Assembly: GCA_029858565.1 (NCBI GenBank)
Contig: JAOUEV010000003.1
Location: 1 to 64,000, forward strand
Direction: 5' to 3'
Length of the DNA: 64,000 bases
Source of the DNA: Nitrospirota bacterium
GTDB taxonomy: Bacteria > Nitrospirota > UBA9217
How positions within the stretch are numbered: the first letter of the stretch is position 1; each line of letters begins with the position of its first letter. Position numbers and translations under genes: made by a program. The notes under the pieces were generated by a model, which made no database searches, was not told the DNA's origin, and was given only the letters and a program-made list of their open reading frames with translations. Below, in pieces: positions 63,323 to 64,000 of the stretch.

Positions 63323-63883
63323 ATGATGAAAAAAGGTGTATGTTCGCTATTGTTCATCCTGTTCCTGTGGTCCGGTGTTGCCGGCGCGGCCGTAAGCCGT
63401 CCGACGTCGGACTATAAACAGGCTGACGAGCTTTTTTCCGGACAGCAATACGAAAAGGCCCTTGCCCTGTATCAGCGGGCGCTCACCACTCCTCCCGCCG
63501 GCATCCCTGCCGGCGACATTCACACCAAGATCGGGGACAGCCATTTCCGGCTCGGCCGATATGCGTCAGCGCTATCAGCCTACCGCGAAGCGGACAAGGA
63601 CCGCCGCACCTCGGACCGCGCAAGGGTCCAGTACTGGATCGGTTTCTGCTGCTTTCTCACCGGCCGCGATGCCGAGGCGGTATCAGAGCTGCTGAAGGTT
63701 CCCAAGCTGTACCCTGACGCCGGCATGTGGGTCAGCACCTCCTACTACTGGGCAGGCAAGGCCAGCGAGCGCATGGGACGGAAGGACCTTGCGGCGGAGT
63801 ATTATAAAAAAGCAAGCGGCAACGGCAAGTCGGCACAGGGGAAGTACGCGATGAAGAAGGCGGAAGCTGCGAGAGGAAAATAA
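63323..63883 (+). CDS. Exported tetratricopeptide-repeat protein
   Basis: Signal peptide and TPR-pattern helices (YEKALALYQRAL, YWIG, YYWAG). Confidence 0.85.
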   Translation: MMKKGVCSLLFILFLWSGVAGAAVSRPTSDYKQADELFSGQQYEKALALYQRALTTPPAGIPAGDIHTKIGDSHFRLGRYASALSAYREADKDRRTSDRARVQYWIGFCCFLTGRDAEAVSELLKVPKLYPDAGMWVSTSYYWAGKASERMGRKDLAAEYYKKASGNGKSAQGKYAMKKAEAARGK

Positions 63884-64000
63884 AGGAGTATAAGTAAGAA
63901 CAAGGATCAAAGGATTAGAGGGCTAAGTATAGAAGCAATAAATTGAAGCGACAAACAATTAGCAAACAAAGACTTACCTGATGATTAAACGGCAGGAGTA

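Overview
High-GC bacterial chromosomal window. Gene content suggests an anaerobe or microaerophile of Nitrospirota/Desulfobacterota type (inference). 1-23 kb is a signal-transduction block: PAS/GAF histidine kinases, receivers, a frameshifted Cache-HAMP-PAS-GGDEF-EAL gene and a cheW-mcp-cheR-REC-cheA-cheB-cheY-cheX-HD-GYP operon. Two sigma54-type promoters here share an identically spaced GGCA-N3-TGCC tandem upstream motif. Next come perR-fprA-rubredoxin, a FadL-like porin, radC, pfkA, envelope and housekeeping genes (amidase, GerMN, murI, folC, lptD, cutA, M23 peptidase, csp, TlpA, DUF3373-like porin, ArsR) and secA. Right after the secA terminator lies a visibly AT-rich island (about 47.9-54.8 kb): an integron cassette array with no integrase in the window (CALIN). 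It carries AIPR, RusA-like and two HEPN-like genes, a group IIC-attC intron inserted in one attC, and GTAG-type REP elements. It is the best candidate for undescribed anti-phage cassettes. The window ends with nitrilase, methyltransferase, Omp85, a kinase lacking its ATPase domain, SurA-N, sppA and TPR genes. Many gene junctions carry short inverted or tandem repeats. All calls are by eye from motifs; no searches were run.
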